Shown here piece after piece: positions 8,341 through 15,464 of a DNA stretch of 50,392 bases. The notes beneath the pieces are model-generated. The model saw only the letters and a program-made list of their open reading frames with translations. It made no database searches and was not told where the DNA came from. The translations under genes and the position numbers were made by a program. Every line of letters starts with the position of its first letter. Position 1 is the first letter of the stretch. Source of the stretch: a virus (taxonomy: Duplodnaviria > Caudoviricetes); the IMG/VR virus record IMGVR_UViG_3300048592_000543, positions 1 through 50,392 of that record; one strand, given 5' to 3'.

Positions 8341-8925
8341 ATGGCAACTGAGCAAACATTGGATACCGTAAACAATGTCAACATCAAAACCGTAGGCGAA
8401 GAACCAGCATGGGCAGCTGCACAACGTCAAGTGGGTAGTGCGGCGCATTTGGATCGTATGGACCGCATGTCTGAAGTGCTTTTCAGCGACTTGCTTGAGC
8501 ATCGCAAGCATATCAACTTGCTGACCACAACGTACCTGGGACGCGTTTGTGACAACGCTAGCTCGATCGATCCGGTCGAAGCTATTAGCACCGCGAAGGC
8601 TTTCAAAGGTGAATCTGATAGCTCGATCACTTCTCTGTTGGCAGCACTCGCGGCAGGGCAGATCAGCGCCAAGGTCGCCAACACCACGCCACCTGAAACT
8701 GGTATCACTCAGCTTTTTGCACAGCTGAATGCCCTCACAAACCAAAATTCACAAAATAGCGGCGCAATCGCTGCTCAGAATTTTGGCTTGTTAAATGCCA
8801 TGAACCAAACCAACCAGGCAACAAACGCAGCTATGGCGGCGATTGCTCAAGTGTTGGCAAAAATGGCACAAACCACTCCCCCAAATACCAGCAATGGCGG
8901 CGGCGGTAGCGGCGGCGTAATTTAA
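8341..8925 (+). CDS. RebB-like (R-body-like) protein, copy 2
   Basis: AAGGA RBS; LDTVNNVNIKTVGEEPAWA matches the RebB N-terminal motif in register; about 79% identical to copy 1 over the first 121 aa (hand count). Confidence 0.62.
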   Translation: MATEQTLDTVNNVNIKTVGEEPAWAAAQRQVGSAAHLDRMDRMSEVLFSDLLEHRKHINLLTTTYLGRVCDNASSIDPVEAISTAKAFKGESDSSITSLLAALAAGQISAKVANTTPPETGITQLFAQLNALTNQNSQNSGAIAAQNFGLLNAMNQTNQATNAAMAAIAQVLAKMAQTTPPNTSNGGGGSGGVI

Positions 8926-8943
8926 TCCACTTGACCACGTATG

Positions 8944-8979
8944 TTCCAGGGGCTAAAAAACCCCTGGAATTATTTTTTT
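8944..8979 (+). terminator. Intrinsic terminator after the reb-like pair
   Basis: TTCCAGGGG-8 nt loop-CCCCTGGAA followed by TTATTTTTTT. Confidence 0.8.
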
Positions 8980-8992
8980 CAGGAGAAAAATC

Positions 8993-9205
8993 ATGGATTG
9001 GCAAACAATTGCAAAACAACAGGAAGAACTATTGGCAGCTATCGAAGGATTGCAAAAAATCTTTGATCAAGCGAAAGAAGCGATAAAAATGAAACAGCAA
9101 AAAGTTTTGCAAATGCTGGCAGCGAATCAAAACGATGAAGCAAAAAACCTGGCTCAAATTCACCAGGCTCTTGACAATCTTCTAAAATCAGCAAACATCA
9201 GCTAA
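8993..9205 (+). CDS. Small Gln/Ala-rich helical protein (third gene of reb-like island)
   Basis: AGGAG RBS at 8981-8985; amphipathic helical sequence. Confidence 0.7.
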   Translation: MDWQTIAKQQEELLAAIEGLQKIFDQAKEAIKMKQQKVLQMLAANQNDEAKNLAQIHQALDNLLKSANIS

Positions 9206-9545
9206 TTTTTTTCACGTCTTTGCATGAATCAATCAGCTTCAAAATATAGCTAATCAGCCCAAGAGACTGGTTAACTATCTTTTCAACTCTTTGCTCTAGT
9301 TGATCAGATGGTAAATCAAACTCTTTTGAAAACTCAATATTCAATTCCGCTCTTTGTTCACTTGTCAAATTTTTTAGCTGCTCGCAAGCTTTCTCATAAT
9401 CGATTTCTGTTAGTTTTCGCGCTTCTCCAATAACTTTAAAAAGCTCTGGTAGGTCTTTTAAATCAACTTTTCCATCAGCAACGACTTCGCCGCCAATCGT
9501 TCCAACCCTTGCGCCAATCAATAAAATTTTCTTTAGTTCTTCCAT
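9198..9545 (-). CDS. Hypothetical phage protein
   Basis: GAGGGG RBS before MEELKK; DGKVDLKDL motif. Confidence 0.7.
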   Translation of the reverse strand: MEELKKILLIGARVGTIGGEVVADGKVDLKDLPELFKVIGEARKLTEIDYEKACEQLKNLTSEQRAELNIEFSKEFDLPSDQLEQRVEKIVNQSLGLISYILKLIDSCKDVKKIS

Positions 9546-9557
9546 TTTCTTCCCCTC

Positions 9558-9588
9558 AAAAAAATTGCCCAACTAAATTATTGGGCAA
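9558..9588 (-). terminator. Putative intrinsic terminator
   Basis: TTGCCCAA/TTGGGCAA stem at 9565-9588 with a T-run on the - strand. Confidence 0.5.
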
Positions 9589-9608
9589 AAACTAAGTTCG
9601 GATCGTTA

Positions 9609-9887
9609 TTAACTATTCATGAGAATAATTTCTATTCTTTTTAACTTTTCTTTTCGGTAATGGTCAACCATTTTTGACACGCCAAGCATCAATTCTAATT
9701 GTTCAATCATAATTTTACAATCTGCTATTTCTTCAGAAATTGAAGAAATCTTTGAAGCGTCATTGTGATTAAGCAGATATTTGCATAGTTCTTTTTGTAG
9801 TTCCGAAAACTCCTCAATCGCTTTTGTCACTTGATGAGATTTCCCATACCGCGCTATTAATCCGGCAAACATTGTTTTTTCGTCCAT
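9609..9887 (-). CDS. MazG-like nucleotide pyrophosphohydrolase
   Basis: YG...Q..KAIEEFSELQKELCK...ISEEIADCKIMIEQL, all-alpha NTP-PPase EExxE...EExD motif. Confidence 0.8.
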   Translation of the reverse strand: MDEKTMFAGLIARYGKSHQVTKAIEEFSELQKELCKYLLNHNDASKISSISEEIADCKIMIEQLELMLGVSKMVDHYRKEKLKRIEIILMNS

Positions 9888-10744
9888 AAAAACCCCATTT
9901 CGACTATTTTGGCGGCAAATAGCCATTCTATCGCCAAGTGTTCTTCGTGTTGTGAAAAATGATCGGATGACCAATTCAAGGATGTTTGATCATGTTGGAA
10001 CAAATAATCAGCCCTATATTCTCTGTTTGTTGGTAATCTGTCATTTGGAAAATATGTTGTGTTCATCAGTAGATCAATCGCATCATCTTGAGGACTGAGA
10101 GTCAGAAAATTATAAATTGCTCTATGCAAAGCATTCATCGGCTGATTTAAACAATGATGCTTCATGATTTTTATTTCTCTTTTTGTTGGAAGTCTCAAAA
10201 GAGATAGCGCGAATATGTGAAGCGCCTGGAGATGTCGCCTATAACCAGGCTGATTTGTGACTATGTTCATCGGTATTGGCCAAACCCAATCTTTAGGGCA
10301 AAAACGCATTAAAGATTTTCTGTCAGTGAAATGATAAATCGCTTCGAATATCGTTCCTCTGAGCGATGGGGTTAAATATGTTCTTGTGATGTCTCCTTTT
10401 CCCATGATCCAGCCACAAGATTCACCAAATAAAATTAGATCGTCGATAATATCGCTGCGCCTTTTGAATATGCACCACAAAAGCAATCCTAAAATCATAT
10501 CTCTCGATATCTCAGATCCCGACTCTTTGTTGCTATAGCAGTTAAATGATGGGTGTCGATGCCATTTCAAATATTTGTCTCTAGCGCTTTCGATGGGAAC
10601 ATTAACACCAGCAATTGACCACAAACAATTAAACAAAAGCCCATCGCATTTGCAAACTCTAGCCCATCCATATTTATCAAAGTTTTCTTTTCTTGATGAT
10701 AACGATAGATACAAATCAAATTTATCCATAAATTTTGATTTCAC
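9857..10744 (-). CDS. Hypothetical 295-aa protein, probably all-helical and possibly an enzyme
   Basis: Long ORF, GTGA-coupled to upstream gene; CDGLLF and ISRDMILG segments. Confidence 0.75.
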   Translation of the reverse strand: MKSKFMDKFDLYLSLSSRKENFDKYGWARVCKCDGLLFNCLWSIAGVNVPIESARDKYLKWHRHPSFNCYSNKESGSEISRDMILGLLLWCIFKRRSDIIDDLILFGESCGWIMGKGDITRTYLTPSLRGTIFEAIYHFTDRKSLMRFCPKDWVWPIPMNIVTNQPGYRRHLQALHIFALSLLRLPTKREIKIMKHHCLNQPMNALHRAIYNFLTLSPQDDAIDLLMNTTYFPNDRLPTNREYRADYLFQHDQTSLNWSSDHFSQHEEHLAIEWLFAAKIVEMGFLWTKKQCLPD

Positions 10745-10968
10745 TTATCACCGAGCCTTTCTTTAATTCTGCCGTCTATCATCGATAATTTTGTTACTAT
10801 GTGATCAAGCTTATCTCTGATGTATTCGCGCTCATTTTGCAGAGTCCTAACATTTTCAGCAAGAACATTTTGCCTAGAATAAAATTCAACAAAAGCCCAA
10901 ACAATAGGAATTGCGGCAATTGCGATGTTAACCCAACTTGTCAAGTTTTCACTTTTTTTCATTTCCAT
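10741..10968 (-). CDS. Single-TM coiled-coil protein, holin/XhlA-like candidate
   Basis: AAGGAG RBS; hydrophobic WVNIAIAAIPIVWAFVEFY followed by coiled coil. Confidence 0.5.
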   Translation of the reverse strand: MEMKKSENLTSWVNIAIAAIPIVWAFVEFYSRQNVLAENVRTLQNEREYIRDKLDHIVTKLSMIDGRIKERLGDK

Positions 10969-11065
10969 TGCTCCTTTAGATCGTAAATAATGATAGTAAG
11001 ATTTTATCACAATCGTGTTTCAATTTGTTTTACTTTGATTGCATCAATATGGCGCAAGGAGTGAA

Positions 11066-11227
11066 ATGAAAATAAGCTTCAAAAAAGAACGTATTCAAGA
11101 TGTAATCTGAATTGGTTTTTTTCTTGGATCATCGAAAGAAGAAATGGGATTTGCATTTTTATTTTTTCGATCAATTTTTTCTATCAGCATAAAAAAAACC
11201 CAGAACAACAAGGAAGTCTGGGATTGA
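11066..11227 (+). pseudogene. Possible small ORF interrupted by a TGA
   Basis: AAGGAG RBS, ATG 11066, in-frame TGA 11108-11110, frame stays open to 11227. Confidence 0.3.
11191..11222 (-). terminator. Intrinsic terminator at the end of the leftward early cluster
   Basis: CCCAGA/TCTGGG stem followed by T8 on the - strand. Confidence 0.65.
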
Positions 11228-11270
11228 AAAAGAAACAATGTATATAGAAATTTTTTCTTAACACAAAAAA

Positions 11271-11522
11271 CTATCCGCAACAACCCTTATGTTCTCCAAA
11301 GATCCTAAAAACAGGCATGGGAGATCGTTTTTTAAACTCAGCAACATCAAGTAAATTTTCGAACAACAAACACTCGTTTTCTGATATCATTTTAGCAAAC
11401 AGCGGTTTATCTATAATGCGTTGTGCAATTGATATCAGGCCCTGAACGGTAGTGTTTGGGCAATTAATAATTTTACCATCGCAATCATATAATCTATAGC
11501 CAGTTTGTTCTGAAAATCGCAT
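11271..11522 (-). CDS. Hypothetical protein
   Basis: ORF ending just before the terminator. Confidence 0.45.
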   Translation of the reverse strand: MRFSEQTGYRLYDCDGKIINCPNTTVQGLISIAQRIIDKPLFAKMISENECLLFENLLDVAEFKKRSPMPVFRIFGEHKGCCG

Positions 11523-11669
11523 ATAAAAATCTTCCGGTTGAGTGAGGAAATTTGATTTGCTAACTGAAGATAGTATGGTAGGCTTTGAAAATAATCAATA
11601 AAGATGTGCTATCAACCGGAACGAACATAGTAACCCACTCATTTTTATTTTACAACATCGGACAAAAAA

Positions 11670-11951
11670 ATGATAAATTTTTTCAGTGCAGGGAAGCACA
11701 ATTTTAGCAAGGAAGCTTGTTACATTATATCATCAATCTGCTATTACGGTTTTGCAACAATTACGATTGATGAAAAAAGCATGATATGGATAGAGGCACA
11801 AAGGCTAGAGAGAGAAGGATACATTAGAGAATATAAGCGGTATCTGAAATCAGCTTTATTTGATGAAGGTGATAGGTTTTTATCGATTCCATTTTATTGT
11901 TGCGCTATGCATGAGAATAAAAAAAAGGAAATGAATAAAATTAAATCTTGA
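11670..11951 (+). CDS. Hypothetical protein
   Basis: 93-aa ORF, no recognised motif. Confidence 0.45.
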   Translation: MINFFSAGKHNFSKEACYIISSICYYGFATITIDEKSMIWIEAQRLEREGYIREYKRYLKSALFDEGDRFLSIPFYCCAMHENKKKEMNKIKS

Positions 11952-12189
11952 CTGGATCCTTTTTAGTTCCTGTCCTAAAATATTTTCTTTGAGCTTCCCT
12001 TGCTGCGCACCCACAAGATACGATATGACCGCTTGTGAGATTCCATTTCAAAACATCTTTTATCGTTCCGCAAGAACATTTTACTTTCAAATATTTCTTG
12101 CCGCCTTTGCTTTCTCCATTGCCTATAACAACAAATCTACCATGCTTGTCGCCAATCTCTGGACAATCAGTTTTTATTTCTTCGCTCAT
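11941..12189 (-). CDS. Cys-containing DNA-binding module of the type found in phage HNH/AP2 endonucleases (no nuclease domain)
   Basis: GRFVVIG...KVKCSCGTIK.V...NLTSGHIVSCGC pattern. Confidence 0.7.
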   Translation of the reverse strand: MSEEIKTDCPEIGDKHGRFVVIGNGESKGGKKYLKVKCSCGTIKDVLKWNLTSGHIVSCGCAAREAQRKYFRTGTKKDPVKI

Positions 12190-12364
12190 GACGTTCAACA
12201 AATTCCTTTACTGCTATATAATGTTGCAAATTCATTCCTCCGCCATTTGCCCAACGTGTAATCATTTGGCGCGTGACTCTCAATTTTTCCGCAAGGCTCT
12301 GGTGAGATCCGGCAACATTCACAGCCTTGCGCACCAATATCATCGTTTCCGATAATCTCACCAC
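12167..12364 (-). CDS. Cro/XRE-like HTH protein
   Basis: AGSHQSLAEKLRVTRQMITRWANG. Confidence 0.75.
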   Translation of the reverse strand: MVRLSETMILVRKAVNVAGSHQSLAEKLRVTRQMITRWANGGGMNLQHYIAVKEFVERHERRNKN

Positions 12365-12372
12365 GTTTCACC

Positions 12373-12597
12373 TCAATCTTTAAATTTAAAATCTGTGTTG
12401 CAAATAGCGTTTATCTGTCGCAACGCCTCGTCTTCATCAGCATCTAGCCAGCCAAAATTCCAGCAACAAGACAGGTCTTCTTCATTCTTAACAAAATAAA
12501 TACTGTGACAATACACAATTCTGACAAATTTATTTCTTTGTTTTATGTATGCCTCATGCTTTTTCATGTGGAAAATATCTTCTCTATTTATCAACAT
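12373..12597 (-). CDS. Hypothetical protein
   Basis: Abuts neighbours, GAGG RBS. Confidence 0.55.
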   Translation of the reverse strand: MLINREDIFHMKKHEAYIKQRNKFVRIVYCHSIYFVKNEEDLSCCWNFGWLDADEDEALRQINAICNTDFKFKD

Positions 12598-12867
12598 TTA
12601 TATTACCTCAATTCCGTTTACTTTTGCTTTATTGAATAGAGCATTCATGCATCTATTCTCCCCCCAATATTCAAAAGCTTTTTCGTTAGAATCAGAACAC
12701 AAACCCCAATTATGGCCGCAATCACTACTTTTAATTTTTGGTATAAATTTGCCGTCTTTTTCTTCAAGGCAGCATTGAACAGTGTACTTGTCTCCTTCTT
12801 TTTTTCCATCAACTACGATCCAAGCAAAACCATGATCTAAACTAAATTCAAAACTTAAAATATTCAT
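12598..12867 (-). CDS. Hypothetical protein
   Basis: GGAG RBS before MNILSF. Confidence 0.6.
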   Translation of the reverse strand: MNILSFEFSLDHGFAWIVVDGKKEGDKYTVQCCLEEKDGKFIPKIKSSDCGHNWGLCSDSNEKAFEYWGENRCMNALFNKAKVNGIEVI

Positions 12868-12890
12868 TTTCAATTCTCCAATATTTATCA

Positions 12891-13148
12891 TCAAACCGTA
12901 AAAGTTTGCCAAGAACACTCTGGTAAACTGCTATCTTTCCTGAATCCATCGGCACCGAATTGCTCGCATTGATACCATCCAGATAGTGCTAAATTTCGCC
13001 TTATTTTCGATCCGCATTGCGGACAACAATTTGTGTTAACAATTTTGATTGCTTGTTCAATCTCTATTTGTCTTTTTTTCATGAAGCATGAATTGCAATA
13101 TCCAACATATTTTTTGCATCTTTTTCCGCATTGTTTACAAGCAGCCAT
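12891..13148 (-). CDS. Cys-rich zinc-finger-like protein
   Basis: CKQC...CNSC...CPQCG...C...C; AAGGAG RBS. Confidence 0.7.
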   Translation of the reverse strand: MAACKQCGKRCKKYVGYCNSCFMKKRQIEIEQAIKIVNTNCCPQCGSKIRRNLALSGWYQCEQFGADGFRKDSSLPECSWQTFTV

Positions 13149-13231
13149 TTTGTTATCTCCTTGTTGTTGATCAGCACATTGCTGATGTTTTAGTTATGCA
13201 TCATTTGTGATGCCAAGTAAAGCAAAAAATA
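13149..13231 (-). promoter_or_regulatory. Repeated early promoter/operator/leader, copy A
   Basis: On the - strand: TTTACT, operator GCATCA-N4-TGATGC (13198-13213), hairpin ATCAGCA/TGCTGAT, CAACAACAAGGAG RBS. Confidence 0.7.
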
Positions 13232-13241
13232 TAAGAAATAT

Positions 13242-13526
13242 TTACATGTCTTTTTCACACCATACGCAAAAGCCACCTTGTGATTCATCTGTAAATATTG
13301 AGGATTTTATTCCATAACCTGAATAATACTCATAAATTATCTTTGCCTTTAAATAGTCGTTTACAAATAGCATCATGCTCAGTTTGTTTTCTAATTCTTT
13401 TGCTCTGCTTTTACTCACACCAAATAAATGATCAAACCTTCCGTATTGCTCACCTAAAAATGATTTGCAACTTGTATCGCTTAAATACTCGATCTCTTTC
13501 CTAGAAAAGTTTAGTGATATTAGCAT
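13242..13526 (-). CDS. Hypothetical protein
   Basis: AGGAG RBS. Confidence 0.65.
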   Translation of the reverse strand: MLISLNFSRKEIEYLSDTSCKSFLGEQYGRFDHLFGVSKSRAKELENKLSMMLFVNDYLKAKIIYEYYSGYGIKSSIFTDESQGGFCVWCEKDM

Positions 13527-13660
13527 TCTATTTTCTCCTATCTGGCATTACTGCAAATATCTGATCAAGCACCAAATTTTTAGAAACATTTTCATCGGGT
13601 GATTTTTGCAGCACATTTGCTATGTGTTGATTTGGCAAGTAAAAAAACCACATTTCCGAA

Positions 13661-13795
13661 TTAATCATCATCGTAATGATCAGTTCTTTGCAAGTCATAT
13701 CTTGTTATTATAATATAACCATCTGTTGTTCTTCCCTCTATTTTAGCCTTGCCTTCGCGCACCAATTTTTGTGCGTATTTTTTTGAGATTATCAT
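13661..13795 (-). pseudogene. Probable frameshifted small gene
   Basis: MIISKKYAQKLVREGKAKIEG stops after 32 codons; another frame continues TRYDLQRTDHYDDD; upstream AACAACAAGTAGTCAAAACA-ATG is a mutated copy of the AACAACAAGGAGGCAAAACA-ATG leader. Confidence 0.4.
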
Positions 13796-13819
13796 TGTTT
13801 TGACTACTTGTTGTTACTA

Positions 13820-14137
13820 TTAAACCAGCTTTGATTCATCCCAATTTGCCCACCAAATATCAGATCTCATGCATCGTTTTAAGTAATCATCAGCTCCAAA
13901 GCCAAATCTCATTGTGCTAGTATGTTCGCACCAGAAAGCAACCAACTTGTTAGCTGCCCTTGAATATCCTTTATAAATAACATCACCGCATTTGCTTTTC
14001 ATCGCGTCATAAACAGCTTCTCTTGCCGTCTCATAGTATTTAACGCTTTCTGTTGTTCCTTCCTTGTTTGCTTTTACAACCGCATATGCAGCGCGTTTGC
14101 TATTTTTCCTGACTGGCTTTAACTCGATATTTAGCAT
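13820..14137 (-). CDS. Hypothetical protein
   Basis: AAGGAGG RBS within the repeated leader. Confidence 0.7.
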   Translation of the reverse strand: MLNIELKPVRKNSKRAAYAVVKANKEGTTESVKYYETAREAVYDAMKSKCGDVIYKGYSRAANKLVAFWCEHTSTMRFGFGADDYLKRCMRSDIWWANWDESKLV

Positions 14138-14221
14138 TGTTTTGCCTCCTTGTTGTTGCTCGGCAACCGCTGCCGATGTTTGTAATATGCATCATTAGTG
14201 ATGCCAAGTCAAGCAAAAAAA
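14138..14221 (-). promoter_or_regulatory. Repeated early promoter/operator/leader, copy B
   Basis: On the - strand: TTGACT-17 nt-CATATT, operator GCATCA-N4-TGATGC (14189-14204) in the spacer, hairpin TCGGCA/TGCCGA, CAACAACAAGGAGG RBS. Confidence 0.72.
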
Positions 14222-14252
14222 TACGCAAATGTAAAATATTTATTTGCGTATT
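14215..14252 (-). terminator. Intrinsic terminator
   Basis: ATACGCAAAT/ATTTGCGTAT stem followed by a T-run on the - strand, after gene 14266-14694. Confidence 0.65.
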
Positions 14253-14265
14253 TAAACGCGTAAAC

Positions 14266-14694
14266 CTACTTGTCTTTTCCCGTTGTTGGGCGCGTAATAT
14301 CTCTTAATATAGATCCAACTTCTTTGCAAGGCACCTTAGCTTCGATTGTTCTCTCAGTACTCCCGCCGCCTCGCGCTTCGCCGCCGACTACCCTACCATC
14401 AACTTTCACACCGCCGCCGCCGGTCGTTTTCTCCTTTATTTTTATGTAGCAATTGTCTGGATCGTGTTTCTGATCAAGATCACTAGACTCAAATGTGATT
14501 TCGATTTCATAGCCAGCTTTAACAGCATCATTAATCTGCTCAATAGCATAACTATCAAGATATTTTGATAGCTGTTCTGACATTTGATCAACATCATAAA
14601 CGCTTACAATCGTATACGTTTCTGATGTTTTCAACTCGACACTAAATGCTGTTGATGCAAACAAAAAACCAGCAACAATCAAAGAACGCATCAT
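14266..14694 (-). CDS. Secreted hypothetical protein with Gly-rich C-terminal segment
   Basis: Signal peptide MMRSLIVAGFLFASTAFS; AAGGAG RBS. Confidence 0.7.
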   Translation of the reverse strand: MMRSLIVAGFLFASTAFSVELKTSETYTIVSVYDVDQMSEQLSKYLDSYAIEQINDAVKAGYEIEITFESSDLDQKHDPDNCYIKIKEKTTGGGGVKVDGRVVGGEARGGGSTERTIEAKVPCKEVGSILRDITRPTTGKDK

Positions 14695-14775
14695 AATGAC
14701 TCCTTTTGTGAGAAATAAAAGAAATCATTATCTCCAAAAAATGATGATTGCAAGTGATTTTTTTACGATTGCGAA

Positions 14776-15162
14776 TTAGATCTGTGCCTCAAGCTTTAAA
14801 TTTTGCCCTTGATATTTTCCGCTTGCATTTATTGCAGTCACTTCGAGATACATTTTTTCTCGACTTACAGTAAGCACACCATCAACATCCTCGCTGTCAA
14901 ATGTCAACATCGCATATTTATCATGCACAGAAACGCATTCGAGTATCACACCACTTCTTTCAACGCGCTTACCGACAAACAAACTATCTGATCTCATCAT
15001 ATCTCTTGGTATCGAGTAATCGTCATTGAAAGTCACCTTTTTTATGATTGGACCAACACCAACTTTTACATATCCATACCATGCAAAATTCTCATTATCA
15101 GCATCATAAACAAGATTTATTTCACCGCCTTTGATCAATCCATTTTTCTTCACTCTGAGCAT
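14776..15162 (-). CDS. Hypothetical beta-rich protein
   Basis: GGGGG RBS, coupled to upstream gene. Confidence 0.65.
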   Translation of the reverse strand: MLRVKKNGLIKGGEINLVYDADNENFAWYGYVKVGVGPIIKKVTFNDDYSIPRDMMRSDSLFVGKRVERSGVILECVSVHDKYAMLTFDSEDVDGVLTVSREKMYLEVTAINASGKYQGQNLKLEAQI

Positions 15163-15464
15163 GTTTCCCCCTTTTGTTCTATTTCATCAGAAAAGCATAA
15201 TAAAATCATATCAGCAATTGCAAACCATTTTTTTGCAATTTCATTCGGATTAACTATAGATCCGTTTCTATCGATCTTAAATCCAGGAAAAACCGCATGA
15301 TACTTTTTAATTCTGTGTGATATTGCTGGAGATGTTTTGGAAAGTAGTTTCGCTATTTTCTTATACTGTAGACCATCTCCCATAGCTGCCAATATGATAA
15401 AATCATCGATGTCAAGCAATCTTAAATTAGAAATCTTCGGATTTTCTGTCATTCGATTTTCCAA
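15150..15464 (-). CDS. LysR-type winged HTH protein without effector domain
   Basis: LDIDDFIILAAM..GLQYKKIAKLLSKTSPAISHRIKK...IDRNG matches the LysR HTH_1 pattern. Confidence 0.7.
   Translation of the reverse strand: MENRMTENPKISNLRLLDIDDFIILAAMGDGLQYKKIAKLLSKTSPAISHRIKKYHAVFPGFKIDRNGSIVNPNEIAKKWFAIADMILLCFSDEIEQKGETCSE

Noticed and set aside
7702-8925. Paralog pair as a diversity-generating retroelement TR/VR
   Set aside because: Differences are not adenine-specific, both are full genes with RBSs, and no reverse transcriptase is present
11041-11056. GCATCAATATGGCGCA as a fourth operator
   Set aside because: Only one arm matches; the second arm differs at several positions
11108-11110. TGA recoding or alternative genetic code
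   Set aside because: All core genes are intact in the standard code and many end in TGA or TAG
14186-14207. TTGGCA...TGCA as a sigma54 promoter
   Set aside because: GG to GC spacing is 13 nt, not the required 10; the palindrome and sigma70 spacing explain it better
13149-14221. Repeats as a CRISPR array
   Set aside because: Only two full copies about 1 kb apart, separated by genes, with promoter and RBS features
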